Shown: positions 18,838 through 29,200 of the stretch, piece by piece
Numbering within the stretch: position 1 is the stretch's first letter
How the letters are laid out: the number at the start of each line of letters is the position of its first letter
DNA from: a virus
Taxonomy: Duplodnaviria > Heunggongvirae > Uroviricota > Caudoviricetes
Length of the DNA stretch: 48,908 nt
Direction: 5' to 3' (one strand)
Virus record (IMG/VR): IMGVR_UViG_3300028454_000679
The notes under the pieces: model-generated
The model's input: the letters and a program-made list of their open reading frames with translations, nothing else
Databases searched by the model: none
Told to the model about the DNA's origin: nothing
Translations under genes and position numbers: made by a program

Positions 18838-18962
18838 TATGCCGCTGGTGGTGGTGTGCTTCCGCCTCCGCCGCCTTTACTGCCTCCGCCGCCTCTAAGA
18901 CCGCCGATAACAATAAAAGCTATAAGAGCAATCAGACCTAATGTCTTATAAGATATAACCAT
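18837..18962 (-). CDS. 41-aa membrane microprotein with Gly-rich tail
   Basis: Not in the ORF track. SD GGAGGT; MVISYKTLGLIALIAFIVIGGLRGGGGSKGGGGGSTPPPAA; fills the gap exactly, and its TAA overlaps the next ATG. Confidence 0.75.
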   Translation of the reverse strand: MVISYKTLGLIALIAFIVIGGLRGGGGSKGGGGGSTPPPAA

Positions 18963-18971
18963 AATTACCTC

Positions 18972-19307
18972 CTACAACTCAATAAATTTCTCCAACATAT
19001 TAGGATCGTGTACATCCAACTCAAAAGACTCCGTCGGACTCTGATGGTACACTAACTTAATTGCAGGGAAACGAGAAAGGGACAATAGTGTATCAAAATC
19101 CAAATCCATCTTCCCTATATGAATAATACCTCGTGGACCACGACTGAAAACTGGGACTTGGCTATCTGAACGACAAATACGCTTTTGCACAAACATTGCA
19201 ATATAATTATCGCAATCGACTGCCTCTACACACGGATACTCAAGCCCTGATATTTCCGAAGTGTCTACACCCTCTACTGTACTTACTAAATCATTCACTT
19301 CATTCAT
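18972..19307 (-). CDS. Hypothetical protein (111 aa)
   Basis: Start refined to MNEVNDL (SD GGAG). Confidence 0.7.
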   Translation of the reverse strand: MNEVNDLVSTVEGVDTSEISGLEYPCVEAVDCDNYIAMFVQKRICRSDSQVPVFSRGPRGIIHIGKMDLDFDTLLSLSRFPAIKLVYHQSPTESFELDVHDPNMLEKFIEL

Positions 19308-19854
19308 GTGCTCTCTCCGGATAAACAACAAGATTAAGATGACCACCGGCTGTTAAGTAAACTTTATTGATATAATTACTAAACTTAGAGGTCAAGAAAC
19401 CTAACTCAGCAGTAGAAAGGTCATAAGTCTGGTAAACCTCTCCACAGTGTGTAACGGTCATAGTTAAATCCTGGTCGAATGCCATACCTTCAGAGAGTGA
19501 CTCTACAATCTGATTTGTATAGCACTCTATAGCATCCTCTCGAATATTCCGGGACATAGCATATTTGACACCATCGTAAGTTACTAAAGAGTATCTCTGC
19601 AGGAATTCGACCTCTGTTGAAATACTAACAGCAGCAAGTGGTAATGCCACGACATTTAAGGACTGCATAGCAGCATCCAGAATATCACTCAATCTTCCAT
19701 GCTTATCATAAATCTTGTCAACGACTACTTTATCTACATCGTATGATTCCACATCCACAATATCATTATTGCTTTTACCAGGATTCCCGATGTAGGGTGA
19801 TTCTTTGACAACGTCTTTTACAGAAACAATGTCATTTAAATTGAAATTCTTCAT
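19300..19854 (-). CDS. Hypothetical protein (184 aa)
   Basis: SD AGGAG/AGGA; overlaps the downstream start. Confidence 0.75.
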   Translation of the reverse strand: MKNFNLNDIVSVKDVVKESPYIGNPGKSNNDIVDVESYDVDKVVVDKIYDKHGRLSDILDAAMQSLNVVALPLAAVSISTEVEFLQRYSLVTYDGVKYAMSRNIREDAIECYTNQIVESLSEGMAFDQDLTMTVTHCGEVYQTYDLSTAELGFLTSKFSNYINKVYLTAGGHLNLVVYPERAHE

Positions 19855-19869
19855 GCTATTTCCTATCTC

Positions 19870-20490
19870 CTACTCTGTTTCATACTCATAATCTTCACCA
19901 TCGAGGTCATTCTTATCCATAGCTAAAAGTAAAGAAGAGCTAGCATTGTGAATCTGAATAAGCCCAATAACACGAATGACTGGAATACAGAGGAAAATCA
20001 CACTAACCCAGACTGTCTTTAATCCTCGATTGTACTTGTGGAGAAGCTGATTAATCTGTCTAAATACATCAAAGTATCCAATACCGATTGTAATAGATAG
20101 CACGGTGATAAGCAGATACTCAGCAATACCTAAATACTTCGGAAGCATAAGACCAAAATCACTAAATCCGAATGGATTAACATTACCCACAAGTAAAATG
20201 GTATTGATAACGGTGAGTACTAATTCTACTATAGTTGCTATAATGAAGGGTTTCTGAAAAATAGCAACAGTTGAGTACACAGGTATAGGCCAAAGTGAAT
20301 TCTCTTCCCCTGCAATAGCCATAACTTTCTTGCATACAACAGCTGCTACAACAAATTCAACTAATACAACAATAATAGCAATCCAACCTAATGGCAGATT
20401 GCGTGTACCCTTGACACATAAAATAGCAAAGCACACAACAATAAGTGCTGCTACTACTCCTATAAGGGCTGTCTTATCGTTCTTCTCCAT
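19870..20490 (-). CDS. Multi-pass membrane protein (206 aa)
   Basis: Start refined to MEKNDKT (SD AAGGAGGT); five to six hydrophobic segments. Confidence 0.78.
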   Translation of the reverse strand: MEKNDKTALIGVVAALIVVCFAILCVKGTRNLPLGWIAIIVVLVEFVVAAVVCKKVMAIAGEENSLWPIPVYSTVAIFQKPFIIATIVELVLTVINTILLVGNVNPFGFSDFGLMLPKYLGIAEYLLITVLSITIGIGYFDVFRQINQLLHKYNRGLKTVWVSVIFLCIPVIRVIGLIQIHNASSSLLLAMDKNDLDGEDYEYETE

Positions 20491-21466
20491 AATACCTCCT
20501 TGTAAACAGAACCAAATCTTTAACAAGATGGGATAGGAAAATAAAATCCCTGTCCGTTTCAGCATTCTTAGCTAAATCAACAATAAATGCTTTGCACACC
20601 TCTGGTGAAATATCGCTCAAGTAGAGAGCTGTATCATTCTGTTCTTCAGCTGTCAACAACTGACTAGGGTCTAAATCACCTAAATTGACTGAGTTATCAA
20701 ATTCCTTGATGGCATTCAGTAACTCAATAGACTTACCAGCCTTTTCAAATCCAACAAACTTGCCGCTAGTATCAAAGACACGTAGGTACTCCGAGTAACC
20801 TGCTTCAATAGTACTCTTGTAATTATTGATAAAGTCAATAACCTCAGTGATATTACTCATCTTCTTATCGAAGTCAATCATAGTCTGCTGAAATTTCTCT
20901 GTTGCCTCTTCAATCATATGGAGTGAAACAGCACGCGGAATATCTGGAACCTCCTCTTGCTGTTTGATAATAGCACCAAGATTAAACTCAGGCTGCTCCG
21001 GCTGTTCAGGTTCTGGGAATAGTTCCGGTTCCTCTACAGGGAGATCTCCCAACTGGTCAAGCGTAACATACGTAGATGGGTCAGGCTCTGGAACAGGCTC
21101 TGGCTCTGACGTTGACTCTGGTTCTACAACAGGTTGTAGGTAATAGTTAATAAACTCCTCATGACTACTAAAGGAAGCTTCAAGTGCTCTGTAAATATTA
21201 TCATAACCTAACTGCTGCGCAAGAAACTCAGACATCATAGCAGGGTCATCAACAAACAAATCCCCGAAAATATCTTGATTCTCTGTAACAACACTCTTTG
21301 CTGCTTCCACGAGGGAGTCAACTTTCTCCGGTGCAATAGTCACACCATGCTCTCCGTAAATATCATCAGCATTATCATCTGAGCGGTACACAACAATGCT
21401 ACTTGTGTCCGGAGTCAGCAATTCCAGCTGATAATACTCACGTAAATCAATTTTTAATTCGTCCAT
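20474..21466 (-). CDS. Hypothetical acidic protein (330 aa) with Pro/Glu linker
   Basis: SD AAGGAG; PEPVPEPDP and PEPEQPEQPE tracts. Confidence 0.78.
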   Translation of the reverse strand: MDELKIDLREYYQLELLTPDTSSIVVYRSDDNADDIYGEHGVTIAPEKVDSLVEAAKSVVTENQDIFGDLFVDDPAMMSEFLAQQLGYDNIYRALEASFSSHEEFINYYLQPVVEPESTSEPEPVPEPDPSTYVTLDQLGDLPVEEPELFPEPEQPEQPEFNLGAIIKQQEEVPDIPRAVSLHMIEEATEKFQQTMIDFDKKMSNITEVIDFINNYKSTIEAGYSEYLRVFDTSGKFVGFEKAGKSIELLNAIKEFDNSVNLGDLDPSQLLTAEEQNDTALYLSDISPEVCKAFIVDLAKNAETDRDFIFLSHLVKDLVLFTRRYYGEER

Positions 21467-22325
21467 TAGTTTTCTCCTTAATGAATAAAATTAGCCTTAA
21501 ATAGGAACTTTTGTCTGATTTTAAGGTATTCATAAACATCCATACCTCAGTGATGCTTTCCATTGTTGTCTTTTCTAACAATTCTAAGATATTATAAACT
21601 TCCCTCTTGAAAAAGATAGTATCTAGCTGTGAGTAGTTAGAGTAGTTTACTTCCCCTAAACTAGCTAAAGTGCATACATCATAAAAGGCATTGAACACTT
21701 CCACCATTGAATTAACATAGTACTGTCTATGCACTTTGATAAACTTCAGCAATCCATAGCACTCACTCTTGGTAAGGGTTGTAGCACATAGCAGTAGGGG
21801 AAATTGATGCATAGTAACATCATTCTCACTGTAAATACGTCGCAAAATAGCAGGGGTAATTTTTCGTACTGATTTCAGATAATCAACATTCTTATTAAGA
21901 ATATAGAGAGATGACCCTGATTGTCTTACAACATACTCAGCCTCACTTTTGGTACAGTGCAAACACTGTGTAACATAGGCTTGCTTTACCTCTGTTGGAA
22001 CCTTGAAATTATTCAATACCTTTGGTTGTACATTCCCTAACTGCCTGCACGCTTCCTCAAAAGACCCATAGTTATCACAGACCACTAAAACAAGTAGTTC
22101 CTCGCAATTCAATTTCTTAAAATTCTGCATAAACTTTGAATCCCACTGCGTTACGAGTACATAAAACTTGTATAGCAGTGGTTTCGAGTTTAGTAAAGCA
22201 AAGTCAGCCTCCTGTAGACTGGAGACTGACTTTCTTATAATAATATCCTTTGGTACACCTTTAAGTAAAGTGTTCACCTTTGGATTTATCTTGTTGTATT
22301 TGGACTCACCTAAAATAATTACCAT
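21447..22325 (-). CDS. DNA polymerase III delta (HolA)-like clamp-loader subunit
   Basis: MVIILGE N-terminus, SKPLLYKFYVLV, and AEYVVRQSGSSLYILNKNVDYLKSVRKIT matching the HolA lid 'A..LV...G.DL..L.NELEKL..Y...IT'; suitable size. Confidence 0.55.
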   Translation of the reverse strand: MVIILGESKYNKINPKVNTLLKGVPKDIIIRKSVSSLQEADFALLNSKPLLYKFYVLVTQWDSKFMQNFKKLNCEELLVLVVCDNYGSFEEACRQLGNVQPKVLNNFKVPTEVKQAYVTQCLHCTKSEAEYVVRQSGSSLYILNKNVDYLKSVRKITPAILRRIYSENDVTMHQFPLLLCATTLTKSECYGLLKFIKVHRQYYVNSMVEVFNAFYDVCTLASLGEVNYSNYSQLDTIFFKREVYNILELLEKTTMESITEVWMFMNTLKSDKSSYLRLILFIKEKTNGRIKN

Positions 22326-24436
22326 ATCTCACCTGTCTGTAGCTTCAACTCTTCCGCAACAAACTTAGGATTGGAATAACCATACGTTTCTTCGTCAATC
22401 TTCTCTTCAACAAGAATATCAGTAACTAAGGATATTCCAGCTAAGTAGTCAGGTACATTGTAAGCATCGTAAAACTCATTCTCACAGATGGCATGCAGAG
22501 TTGGTGCTATCTCGCTGTAATAGTTCTTACATACTAAGTTAGCTGCCTTTGTTATAGCCTCGATATTCAGATACTGCTTTACACGTACGGCGTAATCCTC
22601 TCTTGCCTCACCAATTGGGTAAGTGCACTCATGTATAGCTAAAGCTGCATAAAGTGGAACACATGAAGGCTTTACACTATCTGCATATGACGAAACAGTA
22701 AGATAGGATTGACTACTCGGCTTCTGACCCATTTGTATGAAGTGCATGTAGTTACGCTTAATATTCTCAGTACCTGATTTTCTCTTGAGAGATTGTAAAG
22801 CTACCTCAATATCCTTAAAGGCTAGAGCTGCTTTATACTTTTCTGTAGAATACAAGCAGTCAGCGTTCTGTAAAATGGTTGCTCGTTTTGCACAAGTGAT
22901 AACAGCATCAATCATATTACCTGGCAGCCACTTCAAGGCTATATCAGCCTGGAGCATATTAGCTGGTCTAACTACTGCTGCAAATGACCAACTACTCCTA
23001 AGGTCATTAACAAACGTTTCTATAGTCAGTGGTTGAATTGGTGCAGGCTTATGCTGTTTCAACTCATCGACATCCTTACATTTAAAGGCATCCAAGACAC
23101 TCTGTAAGTCATTCGCTACAAGGTCGAATGAGTCTATATGGTCAATAAAGTCTATATCACTCTGAACGCCCATAATGTAGCCTGGCGAAATCTCTGAAGT
23201 GCCAAAGTTACTATCCAGTATACGGCAGATTCCATAAACATTCTGCAAGATAGCGGACACAACATCTACATTGCCGTAATCCTCTATCTGTTGTAATACA
23301 ACATCCAAGTTATCGGAGTAGTTTATTCCTTCATACCGATAGTTCTCGAATGCTTCTTTTAAATCCAAGTGCCTAATTCTCCACTTTGATGCTCCCTGCT
23401 TGCTGGACTCAATTAGGAAGTCTTCAGACGTTTCCTTACTATGGCAAATAACTGGGAAACGTAAACGTGGGTTTGAACTCTCCTGAGCCATCTTCTGCAA
23501 TTTGTTATACATAAGAGGGTATGAGACATGCAACCTGCTACCACAGTTACACTTTATAGCCTGCTGAGTAACACGGATAACATCCTCAAAGTAAACTGCT
23601 ACGAATGGTGAATCCTCTAAAGTTATGGTACTACCACAGTCCGGGCACACACAAGTCAGCTTACCATTCACAACGTTAAACTTGGTAACTGGCTTGCTAT
23701 AAGTGTATGGCTCAAATACGTCACTCAGCTTAGCTGCCCAACCATCTCTGTACCGATTCTCTGATTCATCAAAACGTGAAGAGTCTCTCACAGCATCATG
23801 ATTAACACTCAATAGTTTATCATAAGCGTTTAGTACAATTTTTCTAGCAACAGTTTCATCCTCGAAAGCAACACCATGCTTGACTCTTTCTACTGTACTC
23901 TCCAGAATCTCTTCCCTACTTAACCCTGCACGCTCAAGCTCATCAATAATGCGATATACCGGGTCTGAAGCCTCATCCCTTAGATGTGTATCTTTAGCAT
24001 TTCTGTCATTAGGACTAAGGACAAACAACTTACGCATTATAACCTGTTTATGGTCCTCATTACTCTGATTTAACATATCAACAGTTTGATTACCGTTGCC
24101 CTTCTTCTCATCATAGTCCTCTTGTAAGAGTGCCTTAGTTAATTCATCTGAGATACCATTTGTAATGTACCCATTCACTCTGAGATACTCCTTAGCTTCC
24201 TGCATTAAAGCTTCAGGGGATTCTTCCACCTGCACACTCTGTATCTCATAATCCTCAAAAGCGTCAGGCTCCTCCTCTACTTCCTCGTACTCTTCAAACT
24301 CATTAAAGTCTGAGAACAGGGGTAGATTCTGAACATCCAAAATGGACTGTCCCTCTGGCTGACTTTGTTGTAATGTGTTATCCTCTTGCTGTGAGTTTAA
24401 TTCTATGTTGTCTGTGAAGAAATCAGTTGTTTCCAT
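22319..24436 (-). CDS. Hypothetical protein (705 aa) with acidic N-terminus and Cys4 zinc ribbon
   Basis: SD AGGAGGT; CVCPDCG...KCNCG. Confidence 0.78.
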   Translation of the reverse strand: METTDFFTDNIELNSQQEDNTLQQSQPEGQSILDVQNLPLFSDFNEFEEYEEVEEEPDAFEDYEIQSVQVEESPEALMQEAKEYLRVNGYITNGISDELTKALLQEDYDEKKGNGNQTVDMLNQSNEDHKQVIMRKLFVLSPNDRNAKDTHLRDEASDPVYRIIDELERAGLSREEILESTVERVKHGVAFEDETVARKIVLNAYDKLLSVNHDAVRDSSRFDESENRYRDGWAAKLSDVFEPYTYSKPVTKFNVVNGKLTCVCPDCGSTITLEDSPFVAVYFEDVIRVTQQAIKCNCGSRLHVSYPLMYNKLQKMAQESSNPRLRFPVICHSKETSEDFLIESSKQGASKWRIRHLDLKEAFENYRYEGINYSDNLDVVLQQIEDYGNVDVVSAILQNVYGICRILDSNFGTSEISPGYIMGVQSDIDFIDHIDSFDLVANDLQSVLDAFKCKDVDELKQHKPAPIQPLTIETFVNDLRSSWSFAAVVRPANMLQADIALKWLPGNMIDAVITCAKRATILQNADCLYSTEKYKAALAFKDIEVALQSLKRKSGTENIKRNYMHFIQMGQKPSSQSYLTVSSYADSVKPSCVPLYAALAIHECTYPIGEAREDYAVRVKQYLNIEAITKAANLVCKNYYSEIAPTLHAICENEFYDAYNVPDYLAGISLVTDILVEEKIDEETYGYSNPKFVAEELKLQTGEIW

Positions 24437-25437
24437 TCTTCTAACCTCCTAAGAACTAATTCATAGAAATCCTCTACCTGCATAAGAACAGGATGCTCTC
24501 CAAATTCTCCTGAAACACTACCTCGTGAAGAGGCAATCCTAAACTTAGAGCTGCTAGACGGAGTTGAGTAAAGTACAAACTCATTGGAGTTAACTGCGGA
24601 GTTCATTTTAAACTCATAGATTTGTATTCCATCAACACAAGCGGTTTCTGTACACATATCAAGAAACTCCGCTTTTGTCATACGCTTTCCACGAAATACA
24701 ACATTACCGGTCATGCACACAGGTATGGTTTGAATACTAACTGCTCTAAAGGAACCTTGCTTAATGATATAAGCAAACAAAATATGTTTCAATGCTGAAC
24801 GTATCTCATACATCTTACTTGGTGCATAAATGCCATGCTGTACACACCAAGTAATTAAATCGGACTTTTCCATATCTGAAATAATCTGCTCGTAATTGGA
24901 GTAGTCCTTAAAGACTTCTGCAGCTGCAGTATCAATACCTGTCAACCCCAACTTTCCAATAAACTCTGAAAAGGTGACGTTAGCATCTAAAATAGTCTGA
25001 CACGCTTCTGCAAAGTCGTAACCATGCAAATTATTCAAAGACATTGGATACTCCTTGAATGGGATTGTAAGCACCTCAAGATACGTACCAAAATGGAATA
25101 GGGGCTCTTCACCCCTAGACTCCCTGTCATTGCTTAAACGATTTAGCTCTGTCCACACTTTCTTACAGATGCCTGGACCAATATTCTTGATATTAAAATT
25201 TCTAAACATCTTAGCTAAGCGGTAAGGTATCTTCTCAGGGCACTCTGGATTGCAGCACATCATCTGTGTTTTTGAAGATTTGATAATAATATCACTTCCA
25301 CATGTGCACTGCTCCTTAAAAGCTTCATACCCAGGTAAGTCCGGAATAATTGCACGCCGCTTTGCCTCTCGCACAGTTATCCAACCTCTAAAAGCCTCGT
25401 CTGCTTTATACTCTTGCTTAAACTCTTCAAACGTCAT
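24403..25437 (-). CDS. ligA: NAD-dependent DNA ligase, C-terminal half (Zn finger, HhH, BRCT)
   Basis: CTCGSD...MMCCNPECPEK (Cys4 Zn finger), NIKNIGPGICKK and LGLTGIDTAAA (HhH), IPVCMTG...MTKAEF...SAVNSNEFVL (BRCT); no adenylation domain. Confidence 0.8.
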   Translation of the reverse strand: MTFEEFKQEYKADEAFRGWITVREAKRRAIIPDLPGYEAFKEQCTCGSDIIIKSSKTQMMCCNPECPEKIPYRLAKMFRNFNIKNIGPGICKKVWTELNRLSNDRESRGEEPLFHFGTYLEVLTIPFKEYPMSLNNLHGYDFAEACQTILDANVTFSEFIGKLGLTGIDTAAAEVFKDYSNYEQIISDMEKSDLITWCVQHGIYAPSKMYEIRSALKHILFAYIIKQGSFRAVSIQTIPVCMTGNVVFRGKRMTKAEFLDMCTETACVDGIQIYEFKMNSAVNSNEFVLYSTPSSSSKFRIASSRGSVSGEFGEHPVLMQVEDFYELVLRRLEEWKQLISSQTT

Positions 25438-26237
25438 TCTGATTCCTCTTCCGATTGTAAATAAACATCTGAGATTACAGTACCTCCACCTTGCAGCGTC
25501 AGCACTTCTAACTTAACTTTACAAATTCCTGAACGCTCCAAATGTCTAAAGAAATTGAAACTACACTGACAGATATACTTCTTACCTTTATATTTGATAT
25601 CAAGCCAGTATAGCTCCATACCCTCATCAACAATAGAACGGTGTGCGACATAGTTAGCATGATCATCCACATAGTTGATAGCAACAACGGTGTAGTCAGC
25701 TGGTACCTGTGCACCATTCAAATCCTTCACAAAAGTGTACTCAGTGATACGGTTGTCGGTGGTAAAATTTTCTGTGTCATAAGTTGGGTCACCAACCTTT
25801 ATAGCGTCCTTATCTACTGGGTTACCATCTTCATCATAGACCATATTACCGTTCTCGTCATAAAGAGGTTCAGAGCCATCATCCTCCTTGCTGTCCTCAC
25901 CCTGTTGCTCCTGCTGTAACTCTTGCTGTTTTTGTGCTGCAGCTTCTGCTAATCGTGCCTCCTCAGCTTTCTTAGCCTGTTGAGACTTAACAACGAAGAT
26001 TGTGGCTATCACAAAGACAAGGACAAATAAGACAATAATTACAACTGTCTTATCTATTTTCTTGCCTTTAAGTTTCCTTTTACTCTTTTCCTCTTCTGCA
26101 TCCGACTCATCCTCATCGAAGTCGTCAAAGTCATCTTTTTGCGCAGGCTGACTTTTTTGTACAGCCTTTTTGTTTTGTGGAGGAGCAGTCTTTTTCTTCT
26201 GCTTCTGCTGCTCCTCAAAATTAGCACCTAATTTCAT
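25434..26237 (-). CDS. Single-pass membrane protein (267 aa) with charged cytoplasmic N-terminus and external domain
   Basis: TM segment VVIIVLFVLVFVIATIFVV; coiled coil; beta-rich C-terminal domain. Confidence 0.75.
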   Translation of the reverse strand: MKLGANFEEQQKQKKKTAPPQNKKAVQKSQPAQKDDFDDFDEDESDAEEEKSKRKLKGKKIDKTVVIIVLFVLVFVIATIFVVKSQQAKKAEEARLAEAAAQKQQELQQEQQGEDSKEDDGSEPLYDENGNMVYDEDGNPVDKDAIKVGDPTYDTENFTTDNRITEYTFVKDLNGAQVPADYTVVAINYVDDHANYVAHRSIVDEGMELYWLDIKYKGKKYICQCSFNFFRHLERSGICKVKLEVLTLQGGGTVISDVYLQSEEESE

Positions 26238-26247
26238 CTGTTATCTC

Positions 26248-29200
26248 CTAACCTAATGAATCAATATATTTATCCAAATCCTCTATTGGAATATTCTTAT
26301 TTATAAACCCACCATTAACAAGTGTAGTGGCAATCTTAAACTTACATAGGTAACCTGTAGCACCCTTGTAAGGCTCTAGATACTGACGTGCTGCCATTAA
26401 CTGTGAACGATTCCTGATACTGATAAACAACTGATTCTGCCTTATTGCTACATGCTTTGGTGAATAAATTTCTTCCTTAATAGGCTCTTCGTAAGTATCC
26501 TCATCTGACAGATAGAAACCAATATCGTCGTCAATGATATCTTCCAAAATACCATCTAGACTATCATCCTCTGTTGTAGCGTCCTCAAACTCTCCATAAT
26601 CTGAGAAAAGTGCTGGGGTAAAGATTGCGGATTTCTGTACTGTATTTGATGTAGACTTAACTGGTGTAAGAACAGTTCCGTCCTTATCCACATAGTCCTT
26701 TACATGACCGTAGTAAAGTTCTGACCATGTTAACAGTGATGCAAACCACTCAGCATTTGAGAAAGCATCCTCATCATAGACTGGCTCTCCAGTGGTCTTA
26801 TGACTTAGTAGGAAATCCTCTTTGTTCACCTTAAAGTACTTAGGATAGTCCGCAACGTAAGCACGTACCGTGTAGTTATCGAAAGCATCTATAATACGCT
26901 GAGGTTGTAAAGGTGCACTGTCCACATCAGGCTGTATTCCTGCAACCACCTGATGTATTCGTTCTAAGTGGAACTGCTTCATATACGGTTTAATAAAGTC
27001 CATAGGGTGGTCAAACCAGAAGTGCCCATCCTGCTTAAACTCATCAGGCGTATTCTCTAAAGAAAACTCACCTGCATCATACCTATGAACAATATCCTGT
27101 ACCATAAGCACTGGTGCTTCATTAGCATCGTCTTTACACTCACCCCAAGAATCGCCAATATTGATACCAATAAAATAATTAGTATGATTCTTCATAGTAA
27201 TCATACATGCTTCCTTGGCTATCTTGTAAATCTCAAATGGATGAATACTCTTATGGACAGAACAGAGTAACTCATCATGGATAAGCATATGCCAAATAAC
27301 CTTGTCACCATGATGGTAACCTCTCTCCTCACACCCTTTGTAAAACCGCATAAGGATAAGACGGAACAACTCTGCAGCAAACGACTGAATACCATAGTTA
27401 CCTGCGGCTCTTCGAATTGTTGCCTCTGCACCAAAGTAGCGTCCATTTGCACGACGCTGCTTATCCTCTTCCGTCATACCAACCTTGGAAAGGTCAAACA
27501 CACGATAAAATCCATAAGCCGACTGTACACGGGAAACACGTGAGGGAATCTTATTGCCATGCTGGTCTAACTTGTAAACTGGGAGTCCAAGATTATCCTT
27601 TTTGACAACTAACTTACCTTTATCATTCATGACCATCTCTTTCTCCCACGCACCTATATAGTTACGTAACTCTGTAGAGATATTCCATTCCTGCAATGCA
27701 TTATCCCTTGCACTGTTCAGTAAATCCATAACAGGTGCGTTTCCGGCTTTCCATTTAGCAAGCATCTTATCAGTCTCTGCAAGTGTATAGTCGTTAACAA
27801 CACCAAACATAGCCTCACACAGTGCTAACCTACCAAGACCGTAAGGAATACCGAAACCTAAACACTTGGTCTTCTTACGAATATCCTTTGTAACCTTGTA
27901 GGCGGGAATACCATGAACTTCTGAAGCAGTCTCGGTATGATAATCCTTTTCTGGGTCACGCATACGCTCAATAAGCTCTGTGTACCCAGCAAGACTGACC
28001 ATAACACGATACTCAGCCTGAGACATATCGAAGTCGAGTAAATAGTAATCGTCATTGTAAGGTTTAATAAACTTTTTAAGCTTACCTTTCATAGTCTGAC
28101 CGGGGTTAGCAATACGACGTGTTTCAATACGAGCCATATTGTAATTCTTAAAGAGTCTGCCCTCTGAGTTATCCTCAAGAATCGGCTTATAGTATGCAGT
28201 GTACTCCTTATTCAATTCTGAGTACTTCTGAAGAATAATGGAGATTGGATACTCTCTCGAATTGAAGTCCTCTTTAGAGATAAGTACATGAGATTTAGCT
28301 TCTTTTGGATTACTCTCAAGAAGAGCATTGTACTCCTCTCTAGTCGTCCCATAAGTCAGTAAATCGTGTGTTATACCACGTACCTTGCTATTAGGTGATT
28401 TAGGCACTGCAGCCATTTTCTTCAAGACGTACTTATCAAGCTTAGGCTTTGTGGGATCCTTTTCACTAAAGGCAAACTTCTTGTAATGTAATACGTCGTA
28501 AATAATATGGCTTAAGTTAGCAGGGGTGAATTTAAAGTCGTAGAATGCATCGTTATTTACTGTTATGCTGTTAAGACCTTTCTCATAATCCTCATCACTT
28601 AAATCACCTATATTATGGAAATTTTCAAGTTTAAACACCTTGGATTGCAAATCGTAAATCGCACCAACGTAAGACTTGACAAAATTCACCAGAATATCAA
28701 TATTGCCCTTAACTTCTTCTCCAAGGAGTCGAACATTATCAACATCTGCAGTCATACCGTAGTACTCACTGACTGGCAGGACATTCTCTAAAAGGGAGTC
28801 CTGTTTCATGTACATATTATAAAGATCAGGTCCCATAAGATTTTTCAAGGAAAGGTAAATCTGTCTGGCATAGTCAGAGTCGGCACAACCGTAAACACAT
28901 GCAACTTCTTTATCCACAAGCATACGGAACTTATCGGCATTACCTTTACCTAAAATATCCTCTAACTCTGGTGTTTCATGTCCATAAAATCTACGAGTAA
29001 GAGTTTTCAATTTATTGTTACCACGAACCTGTTTAGGGTCTAAACAAAATGCCATCTGTAGAGAGTCACAGTCTACATAAATAGGGAATCCCTCACTGTA
29101 AAAAACTTTACCATCGAACATAATGTTATGCCCTGTCAATAAATAAGCTTTTCTGTCAAGGAAGTGATATTCTCCATCTATCTCAATACCCATAGCATCC

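Noticed and set aside
26298-26305. Extra TATAAATA copies (also 11371-11378 and 32539-32546) as promoters
   Set aside because: They lie inside coding sequence, lack the flanking CC and CRTG..AAAC of the intergenic motif, and are expected by chance in AT-rich DNA.
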